In this document: positions 29,705 to 39,598 of the stretch, in pieces
How the letters are laid out: each line of letters begins with the position of its first letter
Position numbering within the stretch: the stretch's first letter is position 1
From: Minisyncoccota bacterium
GTDB lineage: Bacteria > Patescibacteriota > Minisyncoccia > Phycocordibacterales > UBA2100
Reading direction: 5' to 3'
DNA length: 64,000 bases
Assembly (NCBI GenBank): GCA_043780835.1
Contig: JAYWCB010000013.1
Coordinates: 13,512-77,511, forward strand
Made by a program: the position numbers and the translations under genes
The notes under the pieces: generated by a model
Seen by the model: only the letters and a program-made list of their open reading frames with translations
Databases searched by the model: none
What the model was told of the DNA's origin: nothing

Positions 29705-30976
29705 ATGAAGCTTCCGAAACGCATACATATGGTGGGTATCGGCGGCATCGGTATGTCTGCGCTCGCGCAGTATTTGGTGCACACAGGGTACGAAATCACC
29801 GGTGAAGACCGCGATCAATCGCCGACCACTGATTTACTCGAAGCAAAAGGAATCGAAGTTTCAATTGGCACGGGAGTCCACGCAGACGCGGGGATGATTA
29901 TTTACAGTGATGCAATTCAGTCTGAACATCCTTCGCGCATCTATGCCAAAGACGCGGGACTACCTGAACTTTCGTACTTCGAAGCGCTTGGCGAAGTTTC
30001 AAAAAAAGCTCGCACCATTGCAGTAGCCGGTACACACGGGAAAACCACGACCACCGGCATGCTCGCAAAGATCTTGCAGCACGCAGGAAAAGAGCCGACG
30101 GCGATCGTCGGATCAATCGTGCGCGATTTTGAATCCAATTTCTTACCGGGCAAACCTGATTTGTTTGTGGTGGAAGCATGCGAGTATCGCGACCATTTGT
30201 TGAAACTCACGCCCTCAATACTGGTGATTACAAATCTCGAGCTCGATCACACGGATTACTTTCCCTCGATTGAGGCATTGCAAGAAACATTTCGCACCGC
30301 GATAAAAGCCGTGCCATACGACGGCGCGATTATCACCAATCCGAATGACACGATTATTGCTGCGGCACTTGATGGCGCCATTGCACCCGTAATCGATTAC
30401 ACCGGAACCCCTGTGCCGCATTTAAATCAAATTGGAGATTTCAATAAAGAGAACGCGCGTGCTGCGAAAACTGCGGCAAAAGTCGCGTTTCCTGATCTTG
30501 AAGAGAATGTAATTGATGATGCGCTCGCCGCATTTAAAGGCTCATGGCGACGATTTGAATATCGGGGGGAGACACCACGCGGTGCATTGGTATACGACGA
30601 CTATGCGCATCACCCAACAGCGATAGAGAAGACCATTACAGCAGCGCGTGAAAGGTTTCCTGCAAAAGAAATTGTTGTTGCGTTTCATCCGCATCTCTAC
30701 AGCAGAACAAAATCGTTCTTCGAACCATTTGCAGAAGCGCTCGCACGTGCAGACCGAACATATATCGCACCGATATACGCTGCTCGCGAAACGCCGGACC
30801 CATCGGTTTCGAGCGAGGCACTTGCGGAGCGCGCGACCGATAAGGGAGGGAATGTAATTGCACTTCCATCTTTCGATACGATTCGCGAGAAGCTTCTCGA
30901 AGAAGACGAAAACTCGCTCATTATTACAATGGGGGCGGGGGATATTTACAAGGTTGCGGAACAAATCGCTGATTGA
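29705..30976 (+). CDS. murC: UDP-N-acetylmuramate--L-alanine ligase (MurC)
   Basis: N-terminus HMVGIGGIGMSALAQ and Mur-ligase P-loop VAGTHGKTTTTGM. The listed ORF start (29675) is probably an upstream extension. Confidence 0.9.
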   Translation: MKLPKRIHMVGIGGIGMSALAQYLVHTGYEITGEDRDQSPTTDLLEAKGIEVSIGTGVHADAGMIIYSDAIQSEHPSRIYAKDAGLPELSYFEALGEVSKKARTIAVAGTHGKTTTTGMLAKILQHAGKEPTAIVGSIVRDFESNFLPGKPDLFVVEACEYRDHLLKLTPSILVITNLELDHTDYFPSIEALQETFRTAIKAVPYDGAIITNPNDTIIAAALDGAIAPVIDYTGTPVPHLNQIGDFNKENARAAKTAAKVAFPDLEENVIDDALAAFKGSWRRFEYRGETPRGALVYDDYAHHPTAIEKTITAARERFPAKEIVVAFHPHLYSRTKSFFEPFAEALARADRTYIAPIYAARETPDPSVSSEALAERATDKGGNVIALPSFDTIREKLLEEDENSLIITMGAGDIYKVAEQIAD

Positions 30977-30978
30977 GT

Positions 30979-31413
30979 ATGGAACCAATCGCCGGAAAGA
31001 AGAGGCTCGTCGCAGCATATGTGGCTTATAGAAGACGCGGTGAGGAGTATGAATTTTATTTGCAAAAACGTGATGCAAATGCACCTCGGGGCGCAGGAAT
31101 GTTCGGTGTCTTTGGCGGAGGAGTAGACGAGGGTGAGTCGATAGAAGCCGGGTTGTATCGTGAGGTCGCGGAAGAGCTCCGCTATCGGCCAGTTGCGATT
31201 CGCTATTTCAGCCGATACGAACACGCACAGAATCTTATGCATGCATTTATAGAGGAGGTTGGGACGGAATTTGAAACGAAGATTGAGGTGTGCGAAGGCG
31301 AATACGGTAAGTTCTTCACAGCGAGTGAGGCTCGCGCAGAGCCGACAGCATCAGATACGGTAAGGTTGATTACATTGCAGGTCTCGGAGTATCTCGCGCA
31401 GAAAGGTGATTAG
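30979..31413 (+). CDS. NUDIX hydrolase
   Basis: Nudix box GGGVDEGESIEAGLYREVAEELRY (GX5EX7REUXEEXGU). Confidence 0.7.
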   Translation: MEPIAGKKRLVAAYVAYRRRGEEYEFYLQKRDANAPRGAGMFGVFGGGVDEGESIEAGLYREVAEELRYRPVAIRYFSRYEHAQNLMHAFIEEVGTEFETKIEVCEGEYGKFFTASEARAEPTASDTVRLITLQVSEYLAQKGD

Positions 31414-31428
31414 TGGTAGCGTCGAGGC

Positions 31429-32151
31429 ATGAACGAAGGCGCGAGTGAAGATTCAGAGAACCCGAACCCGAATGGGCGGCTCTCGGTTGTAGCTACTCCC
31501 ATCGGAAACATGGGGGATATTACATTTCGGGGACTCTGGAATCTCAAAGAGGCGAATGTGATTTACGCAGAAGATACGAGGGTTACGTCGAAGCTCCTCG
31601 CGCACTACGGTCTTCGCACGTCGCTCCAACGCCTCGACGCGGCAACCGAAGGAAAAAAGGGACCAGAAATTGCTGATCGACTCGCGGCAGGGGAACATGT
31701 GGCACTTGTGACGGATGCGGGCACGCCAGGGATTTCCGACCCGGGTTCGCGTCTGATTGCATACATTCGAGAACACGCGCCACTCGCAGTTATTGATGCC
31801 ATTCCCGGTGCAAGCGCACTTACTGCCGCGCTTTCAATTGCGGGTATTGATGCAACGCAATTTACATTTCTTGGATTTCTGCCGCACAAAAAAGGTCGTC
31901 AAACAGCGGTAACAAATATCTCGAAAAGCACGATACCGGTTGTGCTTTATGAATCGCCGCATCGCGTCCTGAAACTCCTTGCCGAAATCCAAAAGGCGGC
32001 ACCGAAGTTTCGCGTGACCATTGCCCGTGAAATCACGAAGATGCACGAAGAAGTGCTTGTGGGCACTGCTTCGGAGCTTGCGGCAGCGCTCGAAAAGAAG
32101 AAAGGAGTACGAGGGGAATTTGTGGTCATACTTGAACCCGTTAAAAAATAG
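31429..32151 (+). CDS. rsmI: 16S rRNA (cytidine1402-2'-O)-methyltransferase RsmI (tetrapyrrole-methylase fold)
   Basis: N-terminus LSVVATPIGNMGDITFRGLWNLKEANVIYAEDTRVT is typical of RsmI. About 240 aa. Confidence 0.8.
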   Translation: MNEGASEDSENPNPNGRLSVVATPIGNMGDITFRGLWNLKEANVIYAEDTRVTSKLLAHYGLRTSLQRLDAATEGKKGPEIADRLAAGEHVALVTDAGTPGISDPGSRLIAYIREHAPLAVIDAIPGASALTAALSIAGIDATQFTFLGFLPHKKGRQTAVTNISKSTIPVVLYESPHRVLKLLAEIQKAAPKFRVTIAREITKMHEEVLVGTASELAAALEKKKGVRGEFVVILEPVKK

Positions 32152-32214
32152 GAAGCACTATTGCCACAGTGCTTCATAATTGGAGCCGTTTATCCGACGG
32201 GGTATACTCGTGCC

Positions 32215-32439
32215 ATGACACTCGATTCTTTGATCATGCTGTGTGGAGCGCTCGTGGCAATTCTGCCGTTTCTCGGATTTCCGAATAGCTGGGATGCGGT
32301 CATTCTTTTGATACTTGGCGTGATAGTGATTTCACTCGGAATTGTGGTGCGGCGACGTTCGCCGCGTCGTGCCATGCATGAGCGCGATTCCATATTTGTA
32401 GAAAATTCTCCAAAACAAGACGACTCGCATGAGTCGTAA
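32215..32439 (+). CDS. Hypothetical small membrane protein (2 TM)
   Basis: ATG at 32215 (MTLDSLIMLCGALVAIL...). Two hydrophobic helices. The listed ORF starts at a TTG at 32161. Confidence 0.35.
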   Translation: MTLDSLIMLCGALVAILPFLGFPNSWDAVILLILGVIVISLGIVVRRRSPRRAMHERDSIFVENSPKQDDSHES

Positions 32440-33541
32440 GGCGGAGCACGCGGAACGTTTTAGCCCGATGGTACTCGGTGCGATAACCGGTTTTGCAATC
32501 GTCGTTATCGTTATCGGTGTTTCGACGACTTTCTTTTTTAGCGCATCACCAATTTCGTTTTCGCGGACTGCAACCTCAACGCCACCGGTGAAGATCGACA
32601 CACGACCCGTACTTAATACGCATGCCTACGATGTAAAACTACTTTCGATGGCGCATATCGCAACATCCAGTCCGTACTACGGTCGATTTTTAAAGAACGA
32701 TTTCGGTACGTCATCTCGACCTACGTGGCCAGTGAAAACTGCATATCCGAAAGCGGGCGCGCTCCTGCCGTTTAATCGAATCGTCGCATATTACGGCAAT
32801 TTTTATTCCAAGGGCATGGGTGTGCTCGGCGAATATCCTGAAGATGTAATGCTTGCAAAGCTCCATACCGAATCCTCTCGATGGGAAGCGGCAGATCCCG
32901 CAACGCCAGTTATTCCGGCCATCCACTACATTGTAGAAACCGCACAAAGTTCTGCCGGGAAAGAAGGGCTCTACCTTGCACGTATGCCTGATAGTCAAAT
33001 CGATAAAGCGCTCGCAATAGCCGACAAAATCCATGGCATCGTGTTTATAGATTTCCAGGTCTCGCTGAGTTCCTTGCAAAAAGAGCTGCCCATGTACGAG
33101 GAGTATTTGAAAAAGCCGAATGTGCACCTTGGTATCGATCCCGAGTTCTCGATGAAAACCCGCGTTGCTCCCGGGCGTGAGATCGGTTCATTTGACGCAG
33201 CGGATATCAATTATGCGATTGATTTTTTGGCCAAACTCGTAAAAGACAACGATCTGCCGCCGAAAATCCTCGTGGTACATCGCTTTACACTGGATATGGT
33301 CACGAATTACAAACGCATTAAAACGGTCCCAGAAGTACAGTTTGTAATGGATATGGACGGTTGGGGATCAACCGCCAAGAAAAACGGCACATACCAACGC
33401 GTTATTGTTCCGGAACCGGTGCAGTTTACCGGCTTCAAACTGTTTTATAAAAACGATCTATTTGCACCATCGACAGGAATATTTACTCCTGCGGAGCTCC
33501 TCAAGATGACGCCGCAGCCGATGTACATTCAGTATCAATAA
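32429..33541 (+). CDS. Hypothetical membrane-anchored protein (N-terminal TM, about 340-aa extracytoplasmic domain, possibly glycoside-hydrolase-like)
   Basis: N-terminal hydrophobic helix followed by a soluble domain. Family uncertain. Confidence 0.5.
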   Translation: MSRKAEHAERFSPMVLGAITGFAIVVIVIGVSTTFFFSASPISFSRTATSTPPVKIDTRPVLNTHAYDVKLLSMAHIATSSPYYGRFLKNDFGTSSRPTWPVKTAYPKAGALLPFNRIVAYYGNFYSKGMGVLGEYPEDVMLAKLHTESSRWEAADPATPVIPAIHYIVETAQSSAGKEGLYLARMPDSQIDKALAIADKIHGIVFIDFQVSLSSLQKELPMYEEYLKKPNVHLGIDPEFSMKTRVAPGREIGSFDAADINYAIDFLAKLVKDNDLPPKILVVHRFTLDMVTNYKRIKTVPEVQFVMDMDGWGSTAKKNGTYQRVIVPEPVQFTGFKLFYKNDLFAPSTGIFTPAELLKMTPQPMYIQYQ

Positions 33542-33580
33542 TTGAACGTACTCGCGAAGCGCTTTTGATATACTGGCGAC

Positions 33581-35749
33581 ATGGCGGATCACTCACACCA
33601 CGACGAGCACGATCACGGCGCAGCAAAGCCGGTGCACATGGATCATGCAAACGATGATCGCCGCATTACGTATTTTGCCGCAACGCACACACGCGGAAAG
33701 CGCGACATGTTTGGCATTCGGGCAATTGATCGCGGAAAACATATTTACGTTATCGGTAAAACCGGTATGGGTAAATCCACCATGCTTGAGAACATGGCTA
33801 TTCAGGATATCCAAAACGGCGAAGGAATCGCATTTATCGATCCGCACGGATCGACTGCCGAAAAACTGCTCGATTTCATTCCGCAGGAGCGCATCAATGA
33901 CGTTGTGTATCTTGCACCGTTCGATACGGACTATCCGATGGGATTCAACGTCATGGAGGACGTGGGATACGACAAGCGGCATCTCATTGTGTCGGGATTG
34001 ATGGGTGCATTCGAGCGCATTTGGGAAGATCAGTGGAGTGCTCGTATGGCATACATTCTGCAGAATGTAATGCTCGCGCTTTTGGAATATCCAGACTCAT
34101 CGCTCCTCGATGTAAACCGCATGCTCACCAACAAAACGTTTCGCGAAGCGGTTATTGAAAAAGTAACCGATCCGATCGTGAAAGCATTTTGGACAGAGGA
34201 GTTTGCAAGCTTTACGGATCGTTACACCGCAGAGGCAACGCCTGCAATTCAAAACAAAATCGGTCAGTTCATCGCAAATCCGCTCATTCGACACATCGTC
34301 GGACAATCGACGTCGTCATTTGATCTTCGTAAGATCATGGATGAGAAAAAGATTTTTATCGTGAACTTATCGAAAGGCCGCATGGGCGAAACCAATGCAG
34401 CGCTTCTCGGCTCCATGCTCACGGTGAAAATTTATCTCGCGGCCATGTCGCGCGCAGATGAGCCGGCATCGCGAATGGCAAAATTGCCGCGCTTCTATTT
34501 CTACGTCGATGAATTCCAGTCGATGATGAATAAGGCATTTGCCGATATTCTCTCTGAATCCCGAAAATATAAACTCGCCCTTACGCTTGCTAACCAATAT
34601 ATAGAGCAAATGGATGAAGAGGTGCGAGACGCGGTGTTTGGCAACGTAGGCACGTTAATCGTGTTTCGTGTAGGTCCGTTCGATGCGGAAGTGCTCGAGA
34701 CTGTATTCCAACCGACCTTTTTACCGGAAGACTTAGTCGGACTTGGTATCGGACAAATTTATCTCACACTGATGATCGATGGTGTGGGTAGTCCGCCGTT
34801 TTCAGCGGAAACAATTCCGCCGATCGAAGCGCCGTCGATTTCATATCGCAACGATGTAGTTATGGCGTCGCGCGCGCATTATAGTCGCAGTCGCGAGGAA
34901 GTCGTCGCAGAAATCAACCGAAAGCAGACTGAATTTGTGGCACCTCCGAAAGAAAAGAAAGGCGAGCGACGTGATGCGCCTCGTTCATCCAACGGATGGA
35001 ACGCGGCACCCCAAGGTGGTACCACGCCACGAGAAAAGTTCGCCGCGGCAGCACCGGCAAGCGCATCGCTCAGCATGCCACTACAGAGCCCGCCTCCGCA
35101 GAGCTCCTTGAGCGAAAAGATACAGCAAATACAACACGCTCCGCGTCCTGTACAACAATACGCGCGTCCTGCGGACAGAGCACCGGAACGTGCCGGACAT
35201 GTAAACCCGATGGCCGTGCGCCAAACCCCGCAAACGCCGCGACCATTTAATCTGCAGTCCAAGCGTGAGGCTGAGGGGAACGTGCACCGGAACGCTTTGA
35301 AAGACGCAATCGAAAAAGCGAAGGGCGAAAAGCAGATTCGCGAATCTGCGCCGGGAACACCTGCCAAATCGCCGCTCGAACTCATTCGCGAAAAAAACGC
35401 ATCCAAAATGCAACAACACCGGCCGCATGATTCGCAGTCGCCGCGTCACAACCCGCCGGCGCAACACGAGCAAAAACAACGCGACTGGGAACCCGCACAT
35501 TCTGCTCACGTGAGAAAACCGGATACTCAAACCGCGCCAGTCGAAACAAAAATCCCAGAAAAGTCTGCCGAAACCATTCGCGAGCGTCCCGTATCGGAAG
35601 TGAAGCCTGAACAACAGCAAGCGCAAAATCAAACGCAAACGGGCAACAGATCAAATTCATATACGCCCGAGGCTCATCACGGAGAAGTCTCGCATCGTGA
35701 ATTGCAACGAGTACTCAACGGTTCCGACCGCGACTCGGATGATCTATGA
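33581..35749 (+). CDS. P-loop NTPase of the VirD4/TraG/TraD (type IV coupling protein, HerA/FtsK-like) type, with an about 280-aa disordered Q/P/R/E-rich C-terminal tail
   Basis: Walker A GKTGMGKST. Walker B-like FYFYVDEFQSM. LALTLANQ sensor. Sequence is collinear with TraG/VirD4-like ATPases. No N-terminal TM. Residues from about 440 onward are low-complexity. Confidence 0.65.
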   Translation: MADHSHHDEHDHGAAKPVHMDHANDDRRITYFAATHTRGKRDMFGIRAIDRGKHIYVIGKTGMGKSTMLENMAIQDIQNGEGIAFIDPHGSTAEKLLDFIPQERINDVVYLAPFDTDYPMGFNVMEDVGYDKRHLIVSGLMGAFERIWEDQWSARMAYILQNVMLALLEYPDSSLLDVNRMLTNKTFREAVIEKVTDPIVKAFWTEEFASFTDRYTAEATPAIQNKIGQFIANPLIRHIVGQSTSSFDLRKIMDEKKIFIVNLSKGRMGETNAALLGSMLTVKIYLAAMSRADEPASRMAKLPRFYFYVDEFQSMMNKAFADILSESRKYKLALTLANQYIEQMDEEVRDAVFGNVGTLIVFRVGPFDAEVLETVFQPTFLPEDLVGLGIGQIYLTLMIDGVGSPPFSAETIPPIEAPSISYRNDVVMASRAHYSRSREEVVAEINRKQTEFVAPPKEKKGERRDAPRSSNGWNAAPQGGTTPREKFAAAAPASASLSMPLQSPPPQSSLSEKIQQIQHAPRPVQQYARPADRAPERAGHVNPMAVRQTPQTPRPFNLQSKREAEGNVHRNALKDAIEKAKGEKQIRESAPGTPAKSPLELIREKNASKMQQHRPHDSQSPRHNPPAQHEQKQRDWEPAHSAHVRKPDTQTAPVETKIPEKSAETIRERPVSEVKPEQQQAQNQTQTGNRSNSYTPEAHHGEVSHRELQRVLNGSDRDSDDL

Positions 35750-36465
35750 GTCTTGAGCGTCCAGATCCGATGCGATCGTCGATTCGTCCTGCGTCGACGA
35801 GGAATCTCAATAAAATTGGTGCGAACCCACGCGGGCACGGCATATACAAGGATACAGAGGGTCGTATATATCACGAAATCAAAGGATATCCAGCAGACCA
35901 GATGCTTGTCTCCCGAATGCTAAAAGGAATAGTTAATGTGTGCGATGTTATTTATAACAAGGATCGCGACCTCTACATGTCGAATCAAGTCGACATGAAT
36001 ACGGTGGCGCCACAAGACCCTGGGCAGGTGTATGCGCAGGCCAAGGCCGACGAGGATATTCTCATGTTCATTTTTAATGATGCTGATCACGGAAGCAGTA
36101 ACTATGTGGTATCCGAATTTGCATATGTTTTACACGACTTCGGGAACGTGGGTTCGCATTTTTGGAAGAGAGGGGAAGATATGAACGCAACTGTAGTTGC
36201 GGCAATGAATCTCGGTAGTGAGCGTGATGCGTTGCGTGTACGCGTAGAAAAGCTATCAACGCGCTTTTCCGGTGATGAGGGATACAAATTTATCAATGCA
36301 ATAGTTTTAGAAATCAAAGAAAGTGGAGCTGAAACACCAAGTATTCTACGTTTCGCCTCAGATTCCTCTGATCCCGTGCGTGCTTTTCAGGCTCAATTAT
36401 TGCAGCGTCTAGATAATATAAGTTCGGCGATTGCAGCGTATGAACAAACTATTCACAGTGACTAA
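35746..36465 (+). CDS. Hypothetical protein (239 aa), translationally coupled to the upstream ATPase
   Basis: Start overlaps the ATPase stop (ATGA). No recognisable domain. Confidence 0.5.
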   Translation: MSLERPDPMRSSIRPASTRNLNKIGANPRGHGIYKDTEGRIYHEIKGYPADQMLVSRMLKGIVNVCDVIYNKDRDLYMSNQVDMNTVAPQDPGQVYAQAKADEDILMFIFNDADHGSSNYVVSEFAYVLHDFGNVGSHFWKRGEDMNATVVAAMNLGSERDALRVRVEKLSTRFSGDEGYKFINAIVLEIKESGAETPSILRFASDSSDPVRAFQAQLLQRLDNISSAIAAYEQTIHSD

Positions 36466-37315
36466 AACATCGGCACTTCTGTTCATATGTGCATTGTCGC
36501 TACCCGCGACGGCGGGCGCTGCTATTCGTATCACGGAAATCATGTATGACCCGGACGGCGCCGATGCGAAGCATGAATGGGTGGAGATATATAACACAGG
36601 TAGCGACGCAGTGGATCTTTCGAAATATAAATTCTCGGACACATCGGCACATGTATTGAATGCACCGCCAAAAAACGGCGGAACAGGATCCCTTGTGATT
36701 CCCGCGGGGAGCTTTGCGGTCCTTGCGTCTGATGCTGCGACATTCTCGCTCGAGTATCCCGGCAGAGCCCTAGTTATCGACACCGCCATGAATTTGAGAA
36801 ATTCTGGATCAACCATCCTACTGACGAACGGCACAACTCTGGTGGATAGTGCGACATATGCAAAATCTGAGGGGGCAGCGGGAAACGGCAATTCACTCCA
36901 GTTGAATGGAACTACATGGATTCATGCGAAACCGACACCGGGCGAAGCGAATGCCACTCTGCCGTCAGTGACTATTGCGCCGATTGTGGCGTCCAAGACT
37001 GTGAAGATACAGAAAGCGCAGAAAGTACAGAAAGTACAGAAACTCCAGGCCGAGCCGAAGCAAAAGTTGTCGCAAAAGAAAAGCCGACAAAAGAAACCCA
37101 TAGCAATCTCCGAAGCAGAGGCCGCGGCGAATGATCCGGTCGCGGTCGTAAATGTAACGTCGACAGAAGTAGTCGCGCAAACTGCAGCAGCAGGATCCCT
37201 TGGCGGCTCGTACTGGTGGATCGCCGCAGCCGCACTTGCGATCACGGTTGCTGCGACCGCAACGATTATGTCCCGATCCAAAAAACAGGAATGGGATATT
37301 GAGGAAATCGAGTAG
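36440..37315 (+). CDS. Surface lamin-tail-domain (LTD) protein with a signal peptide, a Lys-rich KxQK repeat segment and a C-terminal TM anchor
   Basis: LTD signature (ITEIMYDPDGADAKHEWVEIYNTGSDAVDLSKYKF). N-terminal signal peptide (MNKLFTVTKTSALLFICALSLPATAGA). KIQKAQKVQKVQKLQAEPKQKLSQKKSRQKK segment. C-terminal hydrophobic helix YWWIAAAALAITVAATATIM. Confidence 0.7.
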   Translation: MNKLFTVTKTSALLFICALSLPATAGAAIRITEIMYDPDGADAKHEWVEIYNTGSDAVDLSKYKFSDTSAHVLNAPPKNGGTGSLVIPAGSFAVLASDAATFSLEYPGRALVIDTAMNLRNSGSTILLTNGTTLVDSATYAKSEGAAGNGNSLQLNGTTWIHAKPTPGEANATLPSVTIAPIVASKTVKIQKAQKVQKVQKLQAEPKQKLSQKKSRQKKPIAISEAEAAANDPVAVVNVTSTEVVAQTAAAGSLGGSYWWIAAAALAITVAATATIMSRSKKQEWDIEEIE

Positions 37316-37335
37316 TACGTGTACGCTGTTCCGAT

Positions 37336-38229
37336 ATGGCCGCACACGAGACTGATTTGAAAGAAGCGGTACTTGTTACCGGCGGGGCAGGACTTATCGG
37401 AACGCACTTGGTCAAATTGCTGCTCGACAAAGGGTACCGCGTCGTATCGCTCGATAATTACTTCATCGGCTCCAAAGATAATCACGTACCCGGTGTCGAG
37501 TACATCGAGGGGCACACGAAAGACATTGAAACATTGTTCGGGCACGAAAACCCAAAACTTATTATTCACCTGGGTGAATACTCGCGTGTGGAGCAGAGCT
37601 TCGAAGACTTGGAATTAGTATGGCAAAGCAATGTGCATGGCACACACTGTGTATTTGAATACTGGAGAAAGCGAGGTTGCAAACTTGTGTACGCAGGATC
37701 GAGTACAAAATTCGCCGATGGTGGGCTTGGGCGTGATCAGAGTCCGTATGCGTGGATGAAGGCGAGTAATACCGAACTCGTCGGCAACTACGGTAAATGG
37801 TTCAACCTTCCGTATGCGATTACGTACTTTTATAACGCGTACGGGGCGCAAGAGCTTGCAACCGGTCCGTATGCGTCGGTGATCGGTCGATTCAAATCAC
37901 AATATTTTGCGGGCGATCCGATCACGGTGCGTGCTCCCGGTACGCAAAAAAGAAATTTCACATTCGCGGGTGATATCGCGCGCGGTCTCATGCTCGTGGG
38001 CGAGGGTGGTAATGGCGATGACTATGGACTGGGCTCCCACGAATCACACACAATTCTTGAAATTGCACAGATGTTCGGCGGTGAAATTACGATGCTCGAA
38101 GAGCGTCCCGGAAACCGAATGGATTCTATTTGTGACACCTCTCGTGCCGAAAAAGAATTCGGATGGAAAACAGAGCAAACGGTGGAGCAATACATCGAAA
38201 GTCTCAAGAAGCAGAAGTTGACTGTCTAA
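37336..38229 (+). CDS. NAD-dependent epimerase/dehydratase (extended SDR; UDP-sugar epimerase or decarboxylase-like)
   Basis: TGGAGLIGTHLVKLL Rossmann motif and YxxxK (YAWMK). Confidence 0.75.
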   Translation: MAAHETDLKEAVLVTGGAGLIGTHLVKLLLDKGYRVVSLDNYFIGSKDNHVPGVEYIEGHTKDIETLFGHENPKLIIHLGEYSRVEQSFEDLELVWQSNVHGTHCVFEYWRKRGCKLVYAGSSTKFADGGLGRDQSPYAWMKASNTELVGNYGKWFNLPYAITYFYNAYGAQELATGPYASVIGRFKSQYFAGDPITVRAPGTQKRNFTFAGDIARGLMLVGEGGNGDDYGLGSHESHTILEIAQMFGGEITMLEERPGNRMDSICDTSRAEKEFGWKTEQTVEQYIESLKKQKLTV

Positions 38230-38270
38230 GCAAAAAATGGTATAAGCCTCACAGAAGATAGGGGGATTTC

Positions 38271-38717
38271 ATGGCCAATTCCTGGCTCTCACAGTCGTTT
38301 ATCGCAGTTATCTTGCTGACACCGCCATGGCTCGCCATGCCGTTTTTCAGCAAGAATTTCGGAGTATCCGGAAGCGTGTTCGCAGTCTGGTACTTTCTCG
38401 GTGCAGCGCTCTCAATCGGGCTTGTACAGGGATCGGTTGCGTTTAAACCGTCCGTCGGCGTCATCGCAGGCATCGTCGCAATTGGAATTGTATTCGGCGG
38501 CGTCGCAAACAGCACGCTTTTTAGTGCGGTAAACGCGGCACCGAATCCGGGCATTCCGATAGCGATCAGCACGGTTTCGAGTCTCACGACATTCATTGCT
38601 GCGGTTGCACTGTTTCGGCTCATGCCGGAATATTTCGCACCCGCAGCACTTGATTGGAAATCATTCGCCGGAGCGATACTCATTATCGCCGGCGCCACAC
38701 TCATCTCAGCGAAATGA
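38271..38717 (+). CDS. Small 4-TM EamA/SMR-like transporter (ArnE/ArnF-like candidate lipid-linked sugar flippase subunit)
   Basis: 148 aa with four hydrophobic helices. Sits in a glycan cluster context. Confidence 0.6.
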   Translation: MANSWLSQSFIAVILLTPPWLAMPFFSKNFGVSGSVFAVWYFLGAALSIGLVQGSVAFKPSVGVIAGIVAIGIVFGGVANSTLFSAVNAAPNPGIPIAISTVSSLTTFIAAVALFRLMPEYFAPAALDWKSFAGAILIIAGATLISAK

Positions 38718-38729
38718 AGGAAGCTTCAC

Positions 38730-39449
38730 ATGCGTCAAATTGAGATACTCACTCATATCAGCGGATATAATTTGCGCGAGATACCGAAGCTCAAGACGGT
38801 CAATAAGGCCGGTGAGCCGCAACTCATGACCGACGGCGACTGGGAACATGCGTGCATGGGGGATGCGGATACGAATCAGCTCGGCAGAGTGCCTATGGGA
38901 CTGTGGGTTGCTAGAAAGTTCGGCGCAAAGACTGTTATCTTCTCGACCGGTTGCTCACGCCGCGTGAGCGACGGCAAAAGTGAGGCTGAGGTTACCTACG
39001 AGATGGCGCGCGAGCGTTACCATGATCTGCACGGATTTTTTCCGCACCGCTTTTCGAAGCGGATGTGGTCGACCGAGCAGGCGTATCATTCATGGCTCAC
39101 CCGAGTGAGCGTGTTTGATAACGTAAGCAAAAACACGAGTGAATCAATGCAGGTGTTGCAGACGAAAGTCTTGGAAGCCAAGCACCGCCGTCAGCACGTT
39201 GTTGTGTTTCTCGTGACATCAGCCAACCATGCCCCTCGTGTCCTACGTGATGCGGAGTTAGCCTTCGGTATCGGTACTGCATCAGCTGCAGCGTCGTTCA
39301 AGCAATTTGTGACGCTCTGCTCGATACCTGCCGAAACGAATTACGGCAAGCGACAGGTTCAGGACGTCAAGGTTGACGATCTGGGCAACTCACTGTTCAC
39401 CCGCAAGGAATGGCTCGCATTGAGTACGGGAGTGGGGGAAAGTGAATAG
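38730..39449 (+). CDS. Hypothetical protein, possibly DUF218 (YdcF/ElyC/SanA-like)
   Basis: The motif VVFLVTSANHAPRVLRDA resembles the DUF218 VTSxxHxxR signature. Tentative. Confidence 0.45.
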   Translation: MRQIEILTHISGYNLREIPKLKTVNKAGEPQLMTDGDWEHACMGDADTNQLGRVPMGLWVARKFGAKTVIFSTGCSRRVSDGKSEAEVTYEMARERYHDLHGFFPHRFSKRMWSTEQAYHSWLTRVSVFDNVSKNTSESMQVLQTKVLEAKHRRQHVVVFLVTSANHAPRVLRDAELAFGIGTASAAASFKQFVTLCSIPAETNYGKRQVQDVKVDDLGNSLFTRKEWLALSTGVGESE

Positions 39450-39461
39450 TTCTATTTAGAA

Positions 39462-39500
39462 ATCAGCAGCGCGGGAGCAATCCCGCGCTGCTTTCTTTTT
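39462..39500 (+). terminator. Intrinsic terminator
   Basis: Stem cagcagcgcggg..cccgcgctgctt followed by tctttttg. Confidence 0.6.
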
Positions 39501-39529
39501 GCCTACGGTCCGCTACCATGCGCTGAATG

Positions 39530-39598
39530 AATCCCGTTAGAAATAGCCCGCCCGTAGGCCCTGTGGGCGCGCCTAGCGCGGGCGCGATTTCTAACGGG
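39530..39598 (+). repeat. Hairpin-forming inverted-repeat element, copy 1 (arms ATCCCGTTAGAAAT / ATTTCTAACGGGAT)
   Basis: 14-bp perfect IR flanking a 42-nt GC-rich internal palindrome. Flanked by direct ATGAA at 39527 and 39599. The downstream ATG is the start of the GT4 gene. The element is in frame with that gene. Confidence 0.7.
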
